Counted from the stretch's first letter, positions 28,242 to 39,091 are shown. The stretch: 64,000 nt of DNA from Vulcanimicrobiaceae bacterium (GCA_035502855.1 DATJTX010000039.1:154066-218065), one strand, 5' to 3'. The notes: generated by a model not told the origin, from the sequence alone. Translations and numbers: made by a program.

Positions 28242-29597
28242 CTATCCCGCAGCGGAGCCGACGCGCGGATATTCGCGCGTTTCGAAGATGCCGGCCGGTT
28301 CGCTCAGCGGTGTGATACCGCTACTTCGCTGCACCTGTCCGCCGAGCGTGCCGAGCAATTCCTCCAGTCGCTCGTACCCGCGGTCGATGTATTCGAGGCC
28401 GATGATCTCCGTTTCACCGGCGGCCGCGAGGCCGGCGATCACCAGCGCGGCGCCCGCACGTATGTCGGGCGCTTCGACCGGCGCGCCGGAAAGTTGCGCG
28501 GCACCCTTGACGACCGCCGTATTGCTCTCCATCGAAACGCGGACGTCGGCGCCCATGCGCGCAAGCTCGTTCACGTACGAGAAACGCGCGTTGAAGATCG
28601 ATTCTTCGACGACGCTGGTTCCCGGAACGGTGGTGAGGAACGAGATCATCTGCGGCTGCAGATCGGTCGGAAAGCCGGGATATGGCGCGGTGAGAATTTC
28701 CGTACCGCCGGTGACGGGGCTGCCGTCGACGCGAATCCAATCCTCACCGAAGGTGAGATCCACGCCGCATTCCTGCAGCTTCATCATGAACGCTTCCAAA
28801 TGGTCGGGGCGGCAGCCGGTCACCGTGACGTCCCCGCGCGTCACCGCGCCCGCGAGCAACAACGTGCCGGTCACGATGCGATCGGGAATGATTTCGTATT
28901 CCACGCCATGCAGTTCGCGCACGCCCTCGATCACGAACGTGTCGGTTCCGAGCCCTTCGATCTTGGCGCCGGCCTTATTGAGGAAGTTGCCGAGGTCGAC
29001 GACCTCGGGCTCCATGGCAACGTTCTTGAGCGTCGTCGTTCCCTGCGCGAGCACGGACGCGAGCATCGCGTTCTTGGTCGCGCCGACACTGGGCATGCGG
29101 AATTCGATCGGCGCACCTTTGAGCCGCTTCTGTTTGGATTCGGCGATCAGATAGCCGTGCGCGTTGCGCACGTCGCATCCGAGCGCGAGGAACGCTTGCT
29201 CGTGCAGATCGGTGGCGCGCGTTCCGAGGATGCAGCCACCGGGAAGCGGGACTTCGGCTTTGCCAAACCGTCCGAGCAGCGGCCCGACGATATCGAACGA
29301 CGCAGCGAGTTTGCGCACCAACGCGTACGGCGCGCGGTATGACGCGACGTTGCTCGCGTCGATCGTCACCGTGTTGTCGCCTTCGTAGCGAATGCGCGCG
29401 CCGAGTGCTTCGAGCAGCGACCACATCACCGAGACATCGGTGATGCGCGGTACGCGATGGAGCGTCACCTTACCCTTGGCGAGAATGGAGGCAGCCATGA
29501 TCGGCAGCGCCGCGTTCTTCGCGCCATGCGTTGCGACCGAACCCTCCAAGCGGACGCCGCCGCGCACCCGCAACGTGGTCTCTAAGCGATCGAGCAT
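28242..29597 (-). CDS. murA: UDP-N-acetylglucosamine 1-carboxyvinyltransferase
   Basis: 451 aa. Motifs are GAKNAALPIMAASIL and the active-site loop LPGGCILGTRATDLH. It has a short C-terminal extension. Confidence 0.95.
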   Translation of the reverse strand: MLDRLETTLRVRGGVRLEGSVATHGAKNAALPIMAASILAKGKVTLHRVPRITDVSVMWSLLEALGARIRYEGDNTVTIDASNVASYRAPYALVRKLAASFDIVGPLLGRFGKAEVPLPGGCILGTRATDLHEQAFLALGCDVRNAHGYLIAESKQKRLKGAPIEFRMPSVGATKNAMLASVLAQGTTTLKNVAMEPEVVDLGNFLNKAGAKIEGLGTDTFVIEGVRELHGVEYEIIPDRIVTGTLLLAGAVTRGDVTVTGCRPDHLEAFMMKLQECGVDLTFGEDWIRVDGSPVTGGTEILTAPYPGFPTDLQPQMISFLTTVPGTSVVEESIFNARFSYVNELARMGADVRVSMESNTAVVKGAAQLSGAPVEAPDIRAGAALVIAGLAAAGETEIIGLEYIDRGYERLEELLGTLGGQVQRSSGITPLSEPAGIFETREYPRVGSAAG

Positions 29598-29649
29598 TAC
29601 GAAATCGATTCGCTAAATGTGGTCCCGGAACATGTTTGCAACGGCTGCA

Positions 29650-29760
29650 TGATTATTAGGGGCGCCCTAGGGGAATCACGGCCTTCCCAACACGTTTACG
29701 CGCCCCGTGGTCTGGGGCCCCACGAAGTGGGGGGCGCGGAGGCTCGGCCGGAGCGCCTTT
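29650..29760. repeat. ~111-nt GC-rich double-hairpin element, long copy 1
   Basis: It matches the reverse complement of 47585..47696 across two blocks (tgatNNttagggNcgcccNaggggaa and gtttaNgcgNcccNtggtc...ggccccacgaagtggggggcgcggaggctNggccggagcgccttt) that are separated by a divergent 18-nt core. Confidence 0.8.
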
Positions 29761-29764
29761 AAAT

Positions 29765-30136
29765 CTAGTGCCCGGTGAGCCTGAGCTTTGCGTTGGCAAA
29801 GTCGATCGCCGATTGGTTCGTCGCGTGCGCGAGTTCGTCGCGGGTCTTCGCCACGTCGACGTCGTCGAAACCGACCGCCTCGTCGACGAGGATCGTGACG
29901 CGGTCGGGCAGCGCTTGCATGAAGCCCTCGCGCGTCGCGTGCTCGAGCCGCTGCGGCTTACCCTCGACCACGACGTTGGCCCGCACCACGCCGGGTTTGA
30001 GCGCGGCCAAGAACGGGGCGTGGCGGGGCAGGATGCCCTCTTCCCCTTCGGTCGTCACCGCGATCACCAGCTCCGCGTCGCCGGCGAAGACAACTTTCGT
30101 CGGTGTGATCAGCTTGAACGGGATAGTGGAGGCCAT
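29765..30136 (-). CDS. atpC: F1 ATP synthase subunit epsilon
   Basis: 123 aa. It is the last gene of the atp operon and has the typical N-terminal beta-sandwich sequence FKLITPTKVVFAGDAELV. Confidence 0.9.
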   Translation of the reverse strand: MASTIPFKLITPTKVVFAGDAELVIAVTTEGEEGILPRHAPFLAALKPGVVRANVVVEGKPQRLEHATREGFMQALPDRVTILVDEAVGFDDVDVAKTRDELAHATNQSAIDFANAKLRLTGH

Positions 30137-30140
30137 GTAT

Positions 30141-31625
<1,485 letters not shown>

Positions 31626-31658
31626 TTAAAGTGCGCACCGCACGTTGCGCGGTGCTTT

Positions 31659-31738
31659 GGCGCTCCGCAGCACTTCCGGCACTCCGCGCCGGAAACGCTG
31701 CTGCGCGCCCCCGTGTCGACTTCGCGACACGGGGCCCC
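31659..31738. repeat. double-hairpin element (expanded copy) in the atpG-atpD spacer
   Basis: GGCGC-TCC-...-CTCC-GCGCC, then an insert, then ccccgtgtcg-acttcg-cgacacgggg-cccc. The flanking motifs are the same as at 34226..34275 and 47585..47632. Confidence 0.65.
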
Positions 31739-31741
31739 AAT

Positions 31742-32641
31742 TTACCCATTAACCAACGCCTCTGCCCCACCAACGATTTCGAGCAGTTCTTTGGTGATCG
31801 CGGCTTGGCGCGCGTTGTTCATTTGAATGGTGAGCGAATCGATCAACTTGCCCGCGTTGTCGGTTGCGTTGTTCATCGCCAGCAACTGCGCGGCGAAGAA
31901 GGCGGCGTCCGTTTCGAGAATCGCCGAGAAGATGGTGAACTCGAGATATTTCGGCAGCAGGCGCGAGAGCACGAACTCGGGCGACGGCGCGAATTCCACC
32001 GCGCCCTTCGGCCCCTTCTCGTCATCGCCTCCGTCATCCTGAGGTGCACCACCAAGCGAGGCCTCGAAGGACGAGCGCATGATCGGCACGAGCCGGCGCG
32101 TCTCGGGCTTTTGCGACAGCATCGAGATCAGCTTCGAGCTGATCAGCACGATCTCGGAGACCTTGCCGTTGACGAAATCGTCGGTCACGCGTTGCGCGAC
32201 CTCCCGCGCCACCTCGAGTTTCGAGGGCGCGTTGATCGCCCATGTCGGATGATCGGGCTTACCCATCCGGCGAACGGCGTTGCGCGCTTTGATTCCGACC
32301 GTATACCAGGCGACGTTCTTACGTTCGCGCGCGAAGATCTCGCCTGCGCGAATCACGTTTGAATTGAACGCGCCGGCCAACCCCTTGTCGGCGGTCATCA
32401 GAATCACGCCGGCTGGTGCGCCCTCGGTTCCCGGTTTCATGAACGGATGATCGATCGAGGCCACGGCAGCCATCAAATCGTGCAGCATCTCCGCCAGCGT
32501 GTCGGCGTACGGGCGCGCCTCCTTTTGCGCTTGCTCCGCACGGCGAATCTTGGCCGCGGCGACTTGTTTCATCGCCTTGGTGATCTGCTGCGTATTCTTC
32601 AGCGAACGAATGCGCTCGCGAAGCGCCTTGACCGTCGGCAT
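31742..32641 (-). CDS. atpG: F1 ATP synthase subunit gamma
   Basis: 299 aa. MPTVKALRERIRSLKNTQQITKAMKQVAAAK and the C-terminal ITKELLEIVGGAEAL are canonical for gamma. Confidence 0.93.
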   Translation of the reverse strand: MPTVKALRERIRSLKNTQQITKAMKQVAAAKIRRAEQAQKEARPYADTLAEMLHDLMAAVASIDHPFMKPGTEGAPAGVILMTADKGLAGAFNSNVIRAGEIFARERKNVAWYTVGIKARNAVRRMGKPDHPTWAINAPSKLEVAREVAQRVTDDFVNGKVSEIVLISSKLISMLSQKPETRRLVPIMRSSFEASLGGAPQDDGGDDEKGPKGAVEFAPSPEFVLSRLLPKYLEFTIFSAILETDAAFFAAQLLAMNNATDNAGKLIDSLTIQMNNARQAAITKELLEIVGGAEALVNG

Positions 32642-32696
32642 CCTTCGACTACGCCCTCCGGGCTTCGCTCAGGATGACACGGCGCATCCATGCGCC
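32642..32696. repeat. TCGACT...GGATGACA repeat copy plus GGCGCA-TCCA-TGCGCC hairpin in the atpA-atpG spacer
   Basis: ccttcgactacgccctccgggcttcgctcaggatgaca resembles 5396..5434. A 6-bp hairpin lies beside it at 32681..32696. Confidence 0.5.
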
Positions 32697-32722
32697 TTGG
32701 GTCTCGAGTCGATAGCCAAGCA

Positions 32723-34222
32723 TTAGAAACTCTTATTGAACTCCGTCAGTGCTTCGTTGAGCTTCTGCTTCGTCTCGTCGGAAAGCTGCCCGCTCGAAGC
32801 GATCGCTTCGGGGACGACCGCGTACTTCTGATGGAGAAAATAGACGAAGCCCGTGGCCCAGTCTTGCAGACGATTGGTCGGCACGTCGTTTACCGCGCCG
32901 CTGTTCGCGCCATACAAGACTGCGACTTGATCTTCCATCGCCATCGGTTGGTACTGCGGCTGCTTGAGCAGTTCCGTGAGTTTCTCGCCGCGCATCAACT
33001 GCATCTGCGTCGATTTGTCGAGGTCGCTGGCGAGCTTAGCGAAAGCGGCGAGGTCGCGATATTGGGCCAGCTCGAGTTTGAGCTGTCCCGCGACGCTCTT
33101 CATCGCCTTGGTTTGGGCGGATCCGCCGACACGTGAGACCGACAGGCCGACGTTCACGGCCGGGCGGATGCCTTGGAAGAAGAGCTCTGGCGTGAGATAG
33201 ATTTGGCCATCGGTGATCGAGATCACGTTGGTCGGGATGTACGCGGAGAAGTCGCCGGCTTGCGTTTCGATGATCGGCAATGCCGTCATCGACCCAGCGC
33301 CGAGGTCATCGGAGAGCTTCGCGGCGCGCTCGAGTAGTCGCGAGTGCAGGTAGAAGACGTCGCCCGGGTACGCTTCACGACCCGGCGGACGGCGCAGCAA
33401 GAGCGACATCTCGCGGTAGGACTGCGCATGCTTGGTGAGATCGTCATAGATGATCAACACGTCTTTGCCGGCATACATCAACTCTTCGCCCATCGCGCAG
33501 CCGGCGAACGGTGCGATCCAGCGCAGTGCCGCCGCTTCCGACGGGCTCACCGCGACGATCGTTGTGTAGTCCAGCGCGCCGCGTTGTTCGAGCACTTGCG
33601 CGAGCGCCGCGACGGTCGAATTTTTCTGGCCGATCGCAACGTAGATGCAGAAGACGTTCTTGCCCTTTTGGTTGATGATCGTGTCGACGGCGATCGCGGT
33701 TTTGCCGGTCGAACGGTCGCCGATGATCAGTTCGCGCTGACCCTTGCCGATCGGAATCAGCGCGTCGATCGCACGAATACCGGTCGGCAGCGATTGCTTG
33801 ACGGCCTGACGCTGCACGACTCCGGGCGCGACGTTTTCGATCGTGCGGTATTTTTTCGTCTCGACCGGCCCCTTGCCGTCAATCGGCGTTCCGAGCGGGT
33901 TGACCACGCGTCCGAGCAGCGCTTCGCCGACGGGAACCGAGGCGATGCGACCGGTGCGGCGCGCCGTATCGCCCTCTTTCACGTTCTCGTCCTCGCCCAT
34001 GAGCACGACGCCGACGTTGTCCTCTTCCAAGTTCAGCGCGACGCCTTGCAGGCCGCCGCTGAACTCGACCAGTTCGGACGCGCGAACGCCGCGCAGACCG
34101 TAGACGCGCGCCAGGTTTGCGCCGACCTCGATTACGGTGCCGACTTCGTCTTCCTGAACGCCGGTCTTGAAGCTCGCGATCTGCTGCTTGAGAATACCGG
34201 CGATTTCGTCTGCGTTTATCAT
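32723..34222 (-). CDS. atpA: F1 ATP synthase subunit alpha
   Basis: 499 aa with Walker [14 protein letters not shown]. Confidence 0.97.
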   Translation of the reverse strand: MINADEIAGILKQQIASFKTGVQEDEVGTVIEVGANLARVYGLRGVRASELVEFSGGLQGVALNLEEDNVGVVLMGEDENVKEGDTARRTGRIASVPVGEALLGRVVNPLGTPIDGKGPVETKKYRTIENVAPGVVQRQAVKQSLPTGIRAIDALIPIGKGQRELIIGDRSTGKTAIAVDTIINQKGKNVFCIYVAIGQKNSTVAALAQVLEQRGALDYTTIVAVSPSEAAALRWIAPFAGCAMGEELMYAGKDVLIIYDDLTKHAQSYREMSLLLRRPPGREAYPGDVFYLHSRLLERAAKLSDDLGAGSMTALPIIETQAGDFSAYIPTNVISITDGQIYLTPELFFQGIRPAVNVGLSVSRVGGSAQTKAMKSVAGQLKLELAQYRDLAAFAKLASDLDKSTQMQLMRGEKLTELLKQPQYQPMAMEDQVAVLYGANSGAVNDVPTNRLQDWATGFVYFLHQKYAVVPEAIASSGQLSDETKQKLNEALTEFNKSF

Positions 34223-34225
34223 TTT

Positions 34226-34275
34226 AAAAGGCGCTCCGATCCAATCTCCGCGCCCCCCGCTGAAGCGGGGCCCCC
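34226..34275. repeat. double-hairpin element (short copy) in the atpH-atpA spacer
   Basis: aaaa-GGCGC-TCC-GAT-CCA-ATC-TCC-GCGCC-CCCCGC-TGAA-GCGGGG-CCCCC. The architecture matches 47585..47632, with both inner stems changed in a compensatory way. Confidence 0.75.
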
Positions 34276-34309
34276 AACTGCGAGGGCGCTCTTCGTTTTG
34301 GCTAGCATC

Positions 34310-34891
34310 TCATTCCCCGAGGGCGCCGGCACGTTGGTTACCGGCCCCAAAAAGTGTCCTCGTGAGTTCTTCCAGGCGGCCGGAGACCGTGCCGTCGACC
34401 ACGCGATCGCCCATCGCGATGCGCACGCCGCCGATCAGCGACGGGTCGACCGTGACGCTGGCTTCGAATTTCTTTCCGTAGGCTCGCTCGAATTGTTCGA
34501 CCAGCGTGCGAACCTCACCGTCGTCGAGCTTGCGCGCGGTCGTCACGACGAGCGGTTCGACACCCCGAGCGGAGCGCGCGATCTTCCGGTACTCGGTCAC
34601 GAGCTCTTCCAGCAGCGTCTCGCGACGCTTACGTACCAGCAGGAGCAGCGTGTGCAGCGGAATATCGCCCACTTTCCCGCGCAGCGATTCGAGCAGCGTT
34701 TGCTCTTTTTCCGTGCGATTGACGACCGGCGAGACGAAATATTGAAGGATCGCCGGATCGCTATGGATCATGCGCAGGATCATCTCCAGTTCCGGACCGA
34801 CCTGTTCGACCGATCCGGCGTCGGAGGCCAGCGCGAACACCGCGGTTGCGTAGCGGCGCGCCAGCGTTTCATTGGCCATGGAGCGACTCAA
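34310..34891 (-). CDS. atpH: F1 ATP synthase subunit delta (OSCP)
   Basis: LARRYATAVFALA... is a typical delta N-terminus, and the gene sits between b and alpha. The start may be the ATG at 34879. Confidence 0.85.
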   Translation of the reverse strand: MSRSMANETLARRYATAVFALASDAGSVEQVGPELEMILRMIHSDPAILQYFVSPVVNRTEKEQTLLESLRGKVGDIPLHTLLLLVRKRRETLLEELVTEYRKIARSARGVEPLVVTTARKLDDGEVRTLVEQFERAYGKKFEASVTVDPSLIGGVRIAMGDRVVDGTVSGRLEELTRTLFGAGNQRAGALGE

Positions 34892-35351
34892 CGAACTCTT
34901 GCAACAGCAGTGCGTTCCCGCGCGCGTCGACGCGCCTGGATACCGTCGCTCGTGCGATTTCTAGCGCCTTCGCCGCCAAATCGTGGTGCAGTTGTTCGCG
35001 CGCCGCCATGCGCGCCCGCGCGAGTTCCCCGTTCGCATTGCGCACCGCGAGCTCGCCTTCCTCGCGGGCTTCGGCGATGATCTCGTCGTGCTCGCGCCGC
35101 GCGCGCTCCTTCGCCCGTTCGAGAATCATGGCGGCGTCGCGCTTGGCGCCTTCCATCTCATGCCGCAGCGACTCAACCGCCGCGCGCATATCGTCGCGAT
35201 GACGTTCCGCCTGGGCGATGCGCTCGTTACTCGCACGCTGTGCCCGGCTCACGGCCGGCGTGATCCACTTGGAAACGACCCAGATGAAGAGCGCGACAAA
35301 CAGCACGAAGCCCGCGATTTGGCTCCAGAAGGCGATTGCGTCGTAATTCAC
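34869..35351 (-). CDS. atpF: Fo ATP synthase subunit b
   Basis: 160 aa with a single N-terminal TM helix and a long charged coiled coil. Confidence 0.8.
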   Translation of the reverse strand: MNYDAIAFWSQIAGFVLFVALFIWVVSKWITPAVSRAQRASNERIAQAERHRDDMRAAVESLRHEMEGAKRDAAMILERAKERARREHDEIIAEAREEGELAVRNANGELARARMAAREQLHHDLAAKALEIARATVSRRVDARGNALLLQEFVESLHGQ

Positions 35352-35779
35352 GCGGTCAGCTCCGGCACTACGCGCGCGACGATGCTTTGCGCCAGCTCTT
35401 CGGCGAGGGAGCCCTCGCGCGGCCGAAGCGCTTCCACTTCGCCGGCTACGGTGCGATGCGCGTCCTCGACGATCGTGCGCACGCGCTGCATATACTCGCT
35501 AGCGATTTTCGCCGCCTCGTTACCCCCTTCGTTGCGCGCCGCGGCGAGAACGTGATCGGCCTCGCGCCGGGCTTCTGCACGAACGTGCTCGGCATCGGCG
35601 CGCAGTTGCGCCGCTTGCGCCTGCGCCGCATCGTAGTCCTGGGTGAGGCTCTCGATGTACTCACGCCGTTTCGCGATCGCTCGCTGCACGGGACGCAAAA
35701 AGACCACGTTCAAGATCGCGTAAAATACGACGAAATTGACGATTTGGACTAAAAACGTTCCGTTGATCGAGAGAAACAT
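35348..35779 (-). CDS. Fo ATP synthase subunit b' (second b-type subunit)
   Basis: 143 aa with the same TM-plus-coiled-coil layout. It overlaps atpF by 4 nt. Confidence 0.75.
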   Translation of the reverse strand: MFLSINGTFLVQIVNFVVFYAILNVVFLRPVQRAIAKRREYIESLTQDYDAAQAQAAQLRADAEHVRAEARREADHVLAAARNEGGNEAAKIASEYMQRVRTIVEDAHRTVAGEVEALRPREGSLAEELAQSIVARVVPELTA

Positions 35780-35797
35780 CGGCTTTAGGTTCGCTCG

Positions 35798-36079
35798 CTA
35801 GTGGCCTGCCAGCGCCTTGCCGACGAGCGGAAGCGCGGTCGGAGCAAAGAGGATGAAGAGGCCCAAGCCCAGTGCGATGAAGGCGTTCCCTTCGACGAAT
35901 CCGACGCCGATGATCAGGAACTGCATGATGTTGCCGCGCGCTTCGGGTTGGCGCGCGATCGCTTCGACCGCCCGCGAACTGACCACACCGTCACCGATCG
36001 TCGTTCCGAGGGCGAAGCCGGCGGTGATGATCGCGAAGGCGAGCAGGGAGACCGATGCGATAATGACTTCAGGGCTCAA
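35798..36079 (-). CDS. atpE: Fo ATP synthase subunit c
   Basis: 93 aa forming a two-helix hairpin. The loop is ARQPE and the ion-binding Glu lies in GVGFVEGNAF. Confidence 0.9.
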   Translation of the reverse strand: MSPEVIIASVSLLAFAIITAGFALGTTIGDGVVSSRAVEAIARQPEARGNIMQFLIIGVGFVEGNAFIALGLGLFILFAPTALPLVGKALAGH

Positions 36080-36100
36080 CGTAATGTCCTTTCTTGGAAA

Positions 36101-36856
36101 TCAGTGCTCGTCGGCGAGCGCAAGAGAGAGATAAACGACCGACAGCAAGGCAAAAACGAACGCTTGCAGCAAACCGATTAGGAAGTTGAAGATCTCGATG
36201 AAGAGCGGTCCAATCGCCGCAGCGAGCGAGAGATTGAAGAAGCCGATCTTCACGTGCGCGGTGATGATCTGCACGACCACGAAGAGCAACAGCTCTCCGA
36301 TGAAGATGTTGAAAAACAGACGAAGCGCGAGCGTAAGCGGCCGGATGAACTCTTCGAAGAGATTGAGCGGCACCATGTACGAAAACGGCTGGGCGAGGTG
36401 CTTGTAGAAACCCAACCCCTGGCGCCGAATGCCGCTGAATTGAATCATGATGAAGACCAGCACGGCCAGGGCGGCGGCCGTGCTCAGGTCGGCAGTCGGC
36501 GAACCGCCGAATGCCAGCTCGAGCGGCTCCTTGAATGGAAACGCGCCAAACTCGTTCAACAGAAAAATGAAGATGACGAGCGCAACGAAGAACGGCACGA
36601 ACGGCTCGGCTCGCTTGCCCATCGATCCGTGGGCGAGATCGGCGAAATAATTGATCACGCCCTCGACGAACGTCTGGCGCTTGTTGACGAAGGCCGAACG
36701 GTACGACGCGCCCATCCATGCAAAGAGCGGAAGAGTCATCGCCATGACGATCCAGGTGGTCAAGACCGTGTCGATGTGGACCCGACCCCAGGCAATGCCG
36801 AAGAGGGTTCCGGGGAAGAGCTGCCACACCGCGTGTTGACCGATTTGCTCGTGCAA
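36101..36856 (-). CDS. atpB: Fo ATP synthase subunit a
   Basis: 251 aa and polytopic. The conserved Arg region is LTLALRLFFNIFIGELL. Confidence 0.9.
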   Translation of the reverse strand: MHEQIGQHAVWQLFPGTLFGIAWGRVHIDTVLTTWIVMAMTLPLFAWMGASYRSAFVNKRQTFVEGVINYFADLAHGSMGKRAEPFVPFFVALVIFIFLLNEFGAFPFKEPLELAFGGSPTADLSTAAALAVLVFIMIQFSGIRRQGLGFYKHLAQPFSYMVPLNLFEEFIRPLTLALRLFFNIFIGELLLFVVVQIITAHVKIGFFNLSLAAAIGPLFIEIFNFLIGLLQAFVFALLSVVYLSLALADEH

Positions 36857-36873
36857 AGTCTCGTTACTACTCT

Positions 36874-37170
36874 CTAACTTTTAGTACCGCGCACCACGCG
36901 GGCGGCGTAGAGCGCCATGGGTATCAAAAGACCGGCAATATACAAAAGGCAGCACCACCAGGGGCCGGCCGCCGCAAATGCCACCGCGACTATAGCGAAG
37001 GCCCCCACTCGCGACAAACTACTTAAGACGAAGGACTTCGAAGAGCCCGACTCGACCAGCCGCTCTCCCGCGGCGCTAAGAAGCCGGAGGTTCAGATAGC
37101 CGCAGGCCAGGCCTACGGCTACCGCAAGAGACGCAAAAAGGATCGCGCGAGCGAGACCTACGTACGTCAT
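36874..37170 (-). CDS. atpI: ATP synthase protein I (AtpI-like)
   Basis: 98 aa with 3-4 hydrophobic helices. It lies immediately upstream of atpB, and a GAGGAAG RBS precedes the ATG. Confidence 0.6.
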   Translation of the reverse strand: MTYVGLARAILFASLAVAVGLACGYLNLRLLSAAGERLVESGSSKSFVLSSLSRVGAFAIVAVAFAAAGPWWCCLLYIAGLLIPMALYAARVVRGTKS

Positions 37171-37176
37171 CTTCCT

Positions 37177-37356
37177 CTATTTTCCCGCCTGCAGTAAGGC
37201 GCGCATCGCAACGGCCCCGCCAACCGCGACCCCGACGAAAAGCCCGGCAATCGCCCAAAGCGCGATGCCGGTGCGGTGAGCGAGCGCAAGCCCGCCTCCG
37301 AACCCGAGCAGGACGGCAGCGGCGAAGGTGGAGCCGGCGGTGAGGGCACTTCGCAT
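37177..37356 (-). CDS. AtpZ/AtpI-family small membrane protein (59 aa; absent from the ORF track)
   Basis: My own translation of the minus strand from ATG 37356 gives MRSALTAGSTFAAAVLLGFGGGLALAHRTGIALWAIAGLFVGVAVGGAVAMRALLQAGK*. This has two TM helices, and its TAG stop lies 6 nt before the atpI start. Confidence 0.55.
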   Translation of the reverse strand: MRSALTAGSTFAAAVLLGFGGGLALAHRTGIALWAIAGLFVGVAVGGAVAMRALLQAGK

Positions 37357-37399
37357 GAGTGACGGGTCCTTTCGCCCGCAGCGCGTACAACTCTCTCCG

Positions 37400-39091
37400 A
37401 TGTCGCCGCGCGTCTACAACGGCTTCCTTCTGATCGTGGCCGGCCTGGGTGGGCTGCTCTACGGGATCGACGTCGGGATCATCGGGGGCGTGCTCCCGTA
37501 TCTGACCGCTACCACCGGGTTTTCACCGGCCCAGCTTTCGATCGTGGTCGCGGCTGTCTTGCTCGGCACCGTGTTCTCGACGCTCTTCGCCGGCGCGCTG
37601 GCCGATTGGATCGGCCGGAAGTGGTTGATGACCGCGACCGGTGCGCTCTTTTGCGTCAGCGTTCCGTTGATCGCGCTCGCGCATGGCTTCGACGCGCTGG
37701 TGGGGGGACGGCTTTTGCAAGGCATCAGCGGCGGGCTGATCGGTGTCGTCGTCCCCCTCTATCTCGCGGAGTGCTTGAACGAGAAGGATCGCGGTAAGGG
37801 AACCGGGCTCTTTCAACTGCTGCTGGTCGTCGGGATCGTGCTCTCCAGCCTCATCGCGCTCTACTTCAGTCACGAGCTCGCAGGGATCGCGACGAGCGCG
37901 AGCGCCGCGACGATCTTCGCCTTCAAAGATCACGCCTGGCGCAGCACGTTCTGGATCTCGTTTCCGTTCGGGCTGCTCTTCACGTTCGGCACGCTCGCGC
38001 TCGCCGAATCGCCGCGCTGGCTTGCGATTCGCGCTCAGGGTCCGCTCAAGGATCGCGCGCCGCGCGAGCACGGTACGCTGCTGCAGCGCAAATACGTGAT
38101 CCCGTTTCTGCTGGCGTGCGTCATCCTGACCTGCAACCAGCTCACCGGAATCAACTCGATCATTCCCTACAACACGACGATCCTGCTGCAGGCGGGGTTG
38201 AACGACTATTGGGCGCACGTCGGCAGCCTGCTCTTCAATTTCGTCAACTTACTCCTGACGATCGTGGCCGTGCTGCTCGTCGACCGCGTCGGCCGAAAGA
38301 TTTTGCTGACCGTCGGCAGCGCCGGGATCATTCTTTCCTTGCTCGCAACCGGCGTACTCTTTCACCGAACGGAGGCGCGTCACGTCGATGTCACGGCAGC
38401 CGTTGCCCGCATGGTCAAGCCCGACCAGACGCTCACGCTCCGCTTCGATCGAGCGACGGCAAACAGACTGCTGACCTCGGTGGGTGCGGCGGCGAACGGC
38501 GGCGCAGAGTCGCTCGTCATCGGGTACGCCTACGGCGATTTCAGTTCGGTGACGAATGCGGTGCGATCCGATGAGGTTACAACGCCGATCGAGATCAGGC
38601 GCAACGTTCCGGCCAATCGGATCGAGGCTATCCTCTCGGGCTCGGCGAGCAGTCCATTCGGCAATATCGAAGCCGCGCGTTCGGCGCCGTTGCGCATCAT
38701 CTCGGCATATATCACGCCGGTGCCGCCCGCGAGCAACGGATGGCTCGTTGCGCTCACCCTCTATCTTTTTATGGCGTTCTTCGCGGTGGGTCCGGGCGTC
38801 GTCGTCTGGCTTGCGCTCTCCGAACTGATGCCGACGCGCATTCGCTCGAACGGCATGAGCATCGCGCTCGTGCTCAACCAAGCGACATCGACGACGATCG
38901 CTGCGATCTTCTTGCCGACCGTCGCGCGGCATGGCTATGCGAGCATGTTCTTCGTCTTTGCCGCTTGCACGGTCGTCTACTTCATCACCGCAGCATTTTT
39001 CCTACCCGAAACCAAGGGCCGCACGCTCGAAGAAATCGAGGAACGGTTCGAAGGACGCTACGCGCGCGCGACGTCGAAGGCGTCGGGATAA
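37400..39091 (+). CDS. MFS sugar-porter-family transporter with a ~125-aa extra-membrane insertion
   Basis: LLYGIDVGIIGGVLPYL, GALADWIGRKW, ESPRWL and PETKGRTLEEIE are sugar-porter signatures. The start was trimmed to ATG 37400. A non-hydrophobic insertion is encoded at about 38363..38740. Confidence 0.85.
   Translation: MSPRVYNGFLLIVAGLGGLLYGIDVGIIGGVLPYLTATTGFSPAQLSIVVAAVLLGTVFSTLFAGALADWIGRKWLMTATGALFCVSVPLIALAHGFDALVGGRLLQGISGGLIGVVVPLYLAECLNEKDRGKGTGLFQLLLVVGIVLSSLIALYFSHELAGIATSASAATIFAFKDHAWRSTFWISFPFGLLFTFGTLALAESPRWLAIRAQGPLKDRAPREHGTLLQRKYVIPFLLACVILTCNQLTGINSIIPYNTTILLQAGLNDYWAHVGSLLFNFVNLLLTIVAVLLVDRVGRKILLTVGSAGIILSLLATGVLFHRTEARHVDVTAAVARMVKPDQTLTLRFDRATANRLLTSVGAAANGGAESLVIGYAYGDFSSVTNAVRSDEVTTPIEIRRNVPANRIEAILSGSASSPFGNIEAARSAPLRIISAYITPVPPASNGWLVALTLYLFMAFFAVGPGVVVWLALSELMPTRIRSNGMSIALVLNQATSTTIAAIFLPTVARHGYASMFFVFAACTVVYFITAAFFLPETKGRTLEEIEERFEGRYARATSKASG

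Noticed and set aside
33344-35080. 578-aa plus-strand ORF
   Set aside because: It is antisense to atpA and atpH and has the same Arg/Ala-rich composition with no motifs.
37167-37349. Listed 60-aa ORF (MPSPPAPPSPLP...)
   Set aside because: It is the wrong frame. The overlapping frame from 37356 gives a clean two-TM AtpZ-like peptide that fits the operon context.
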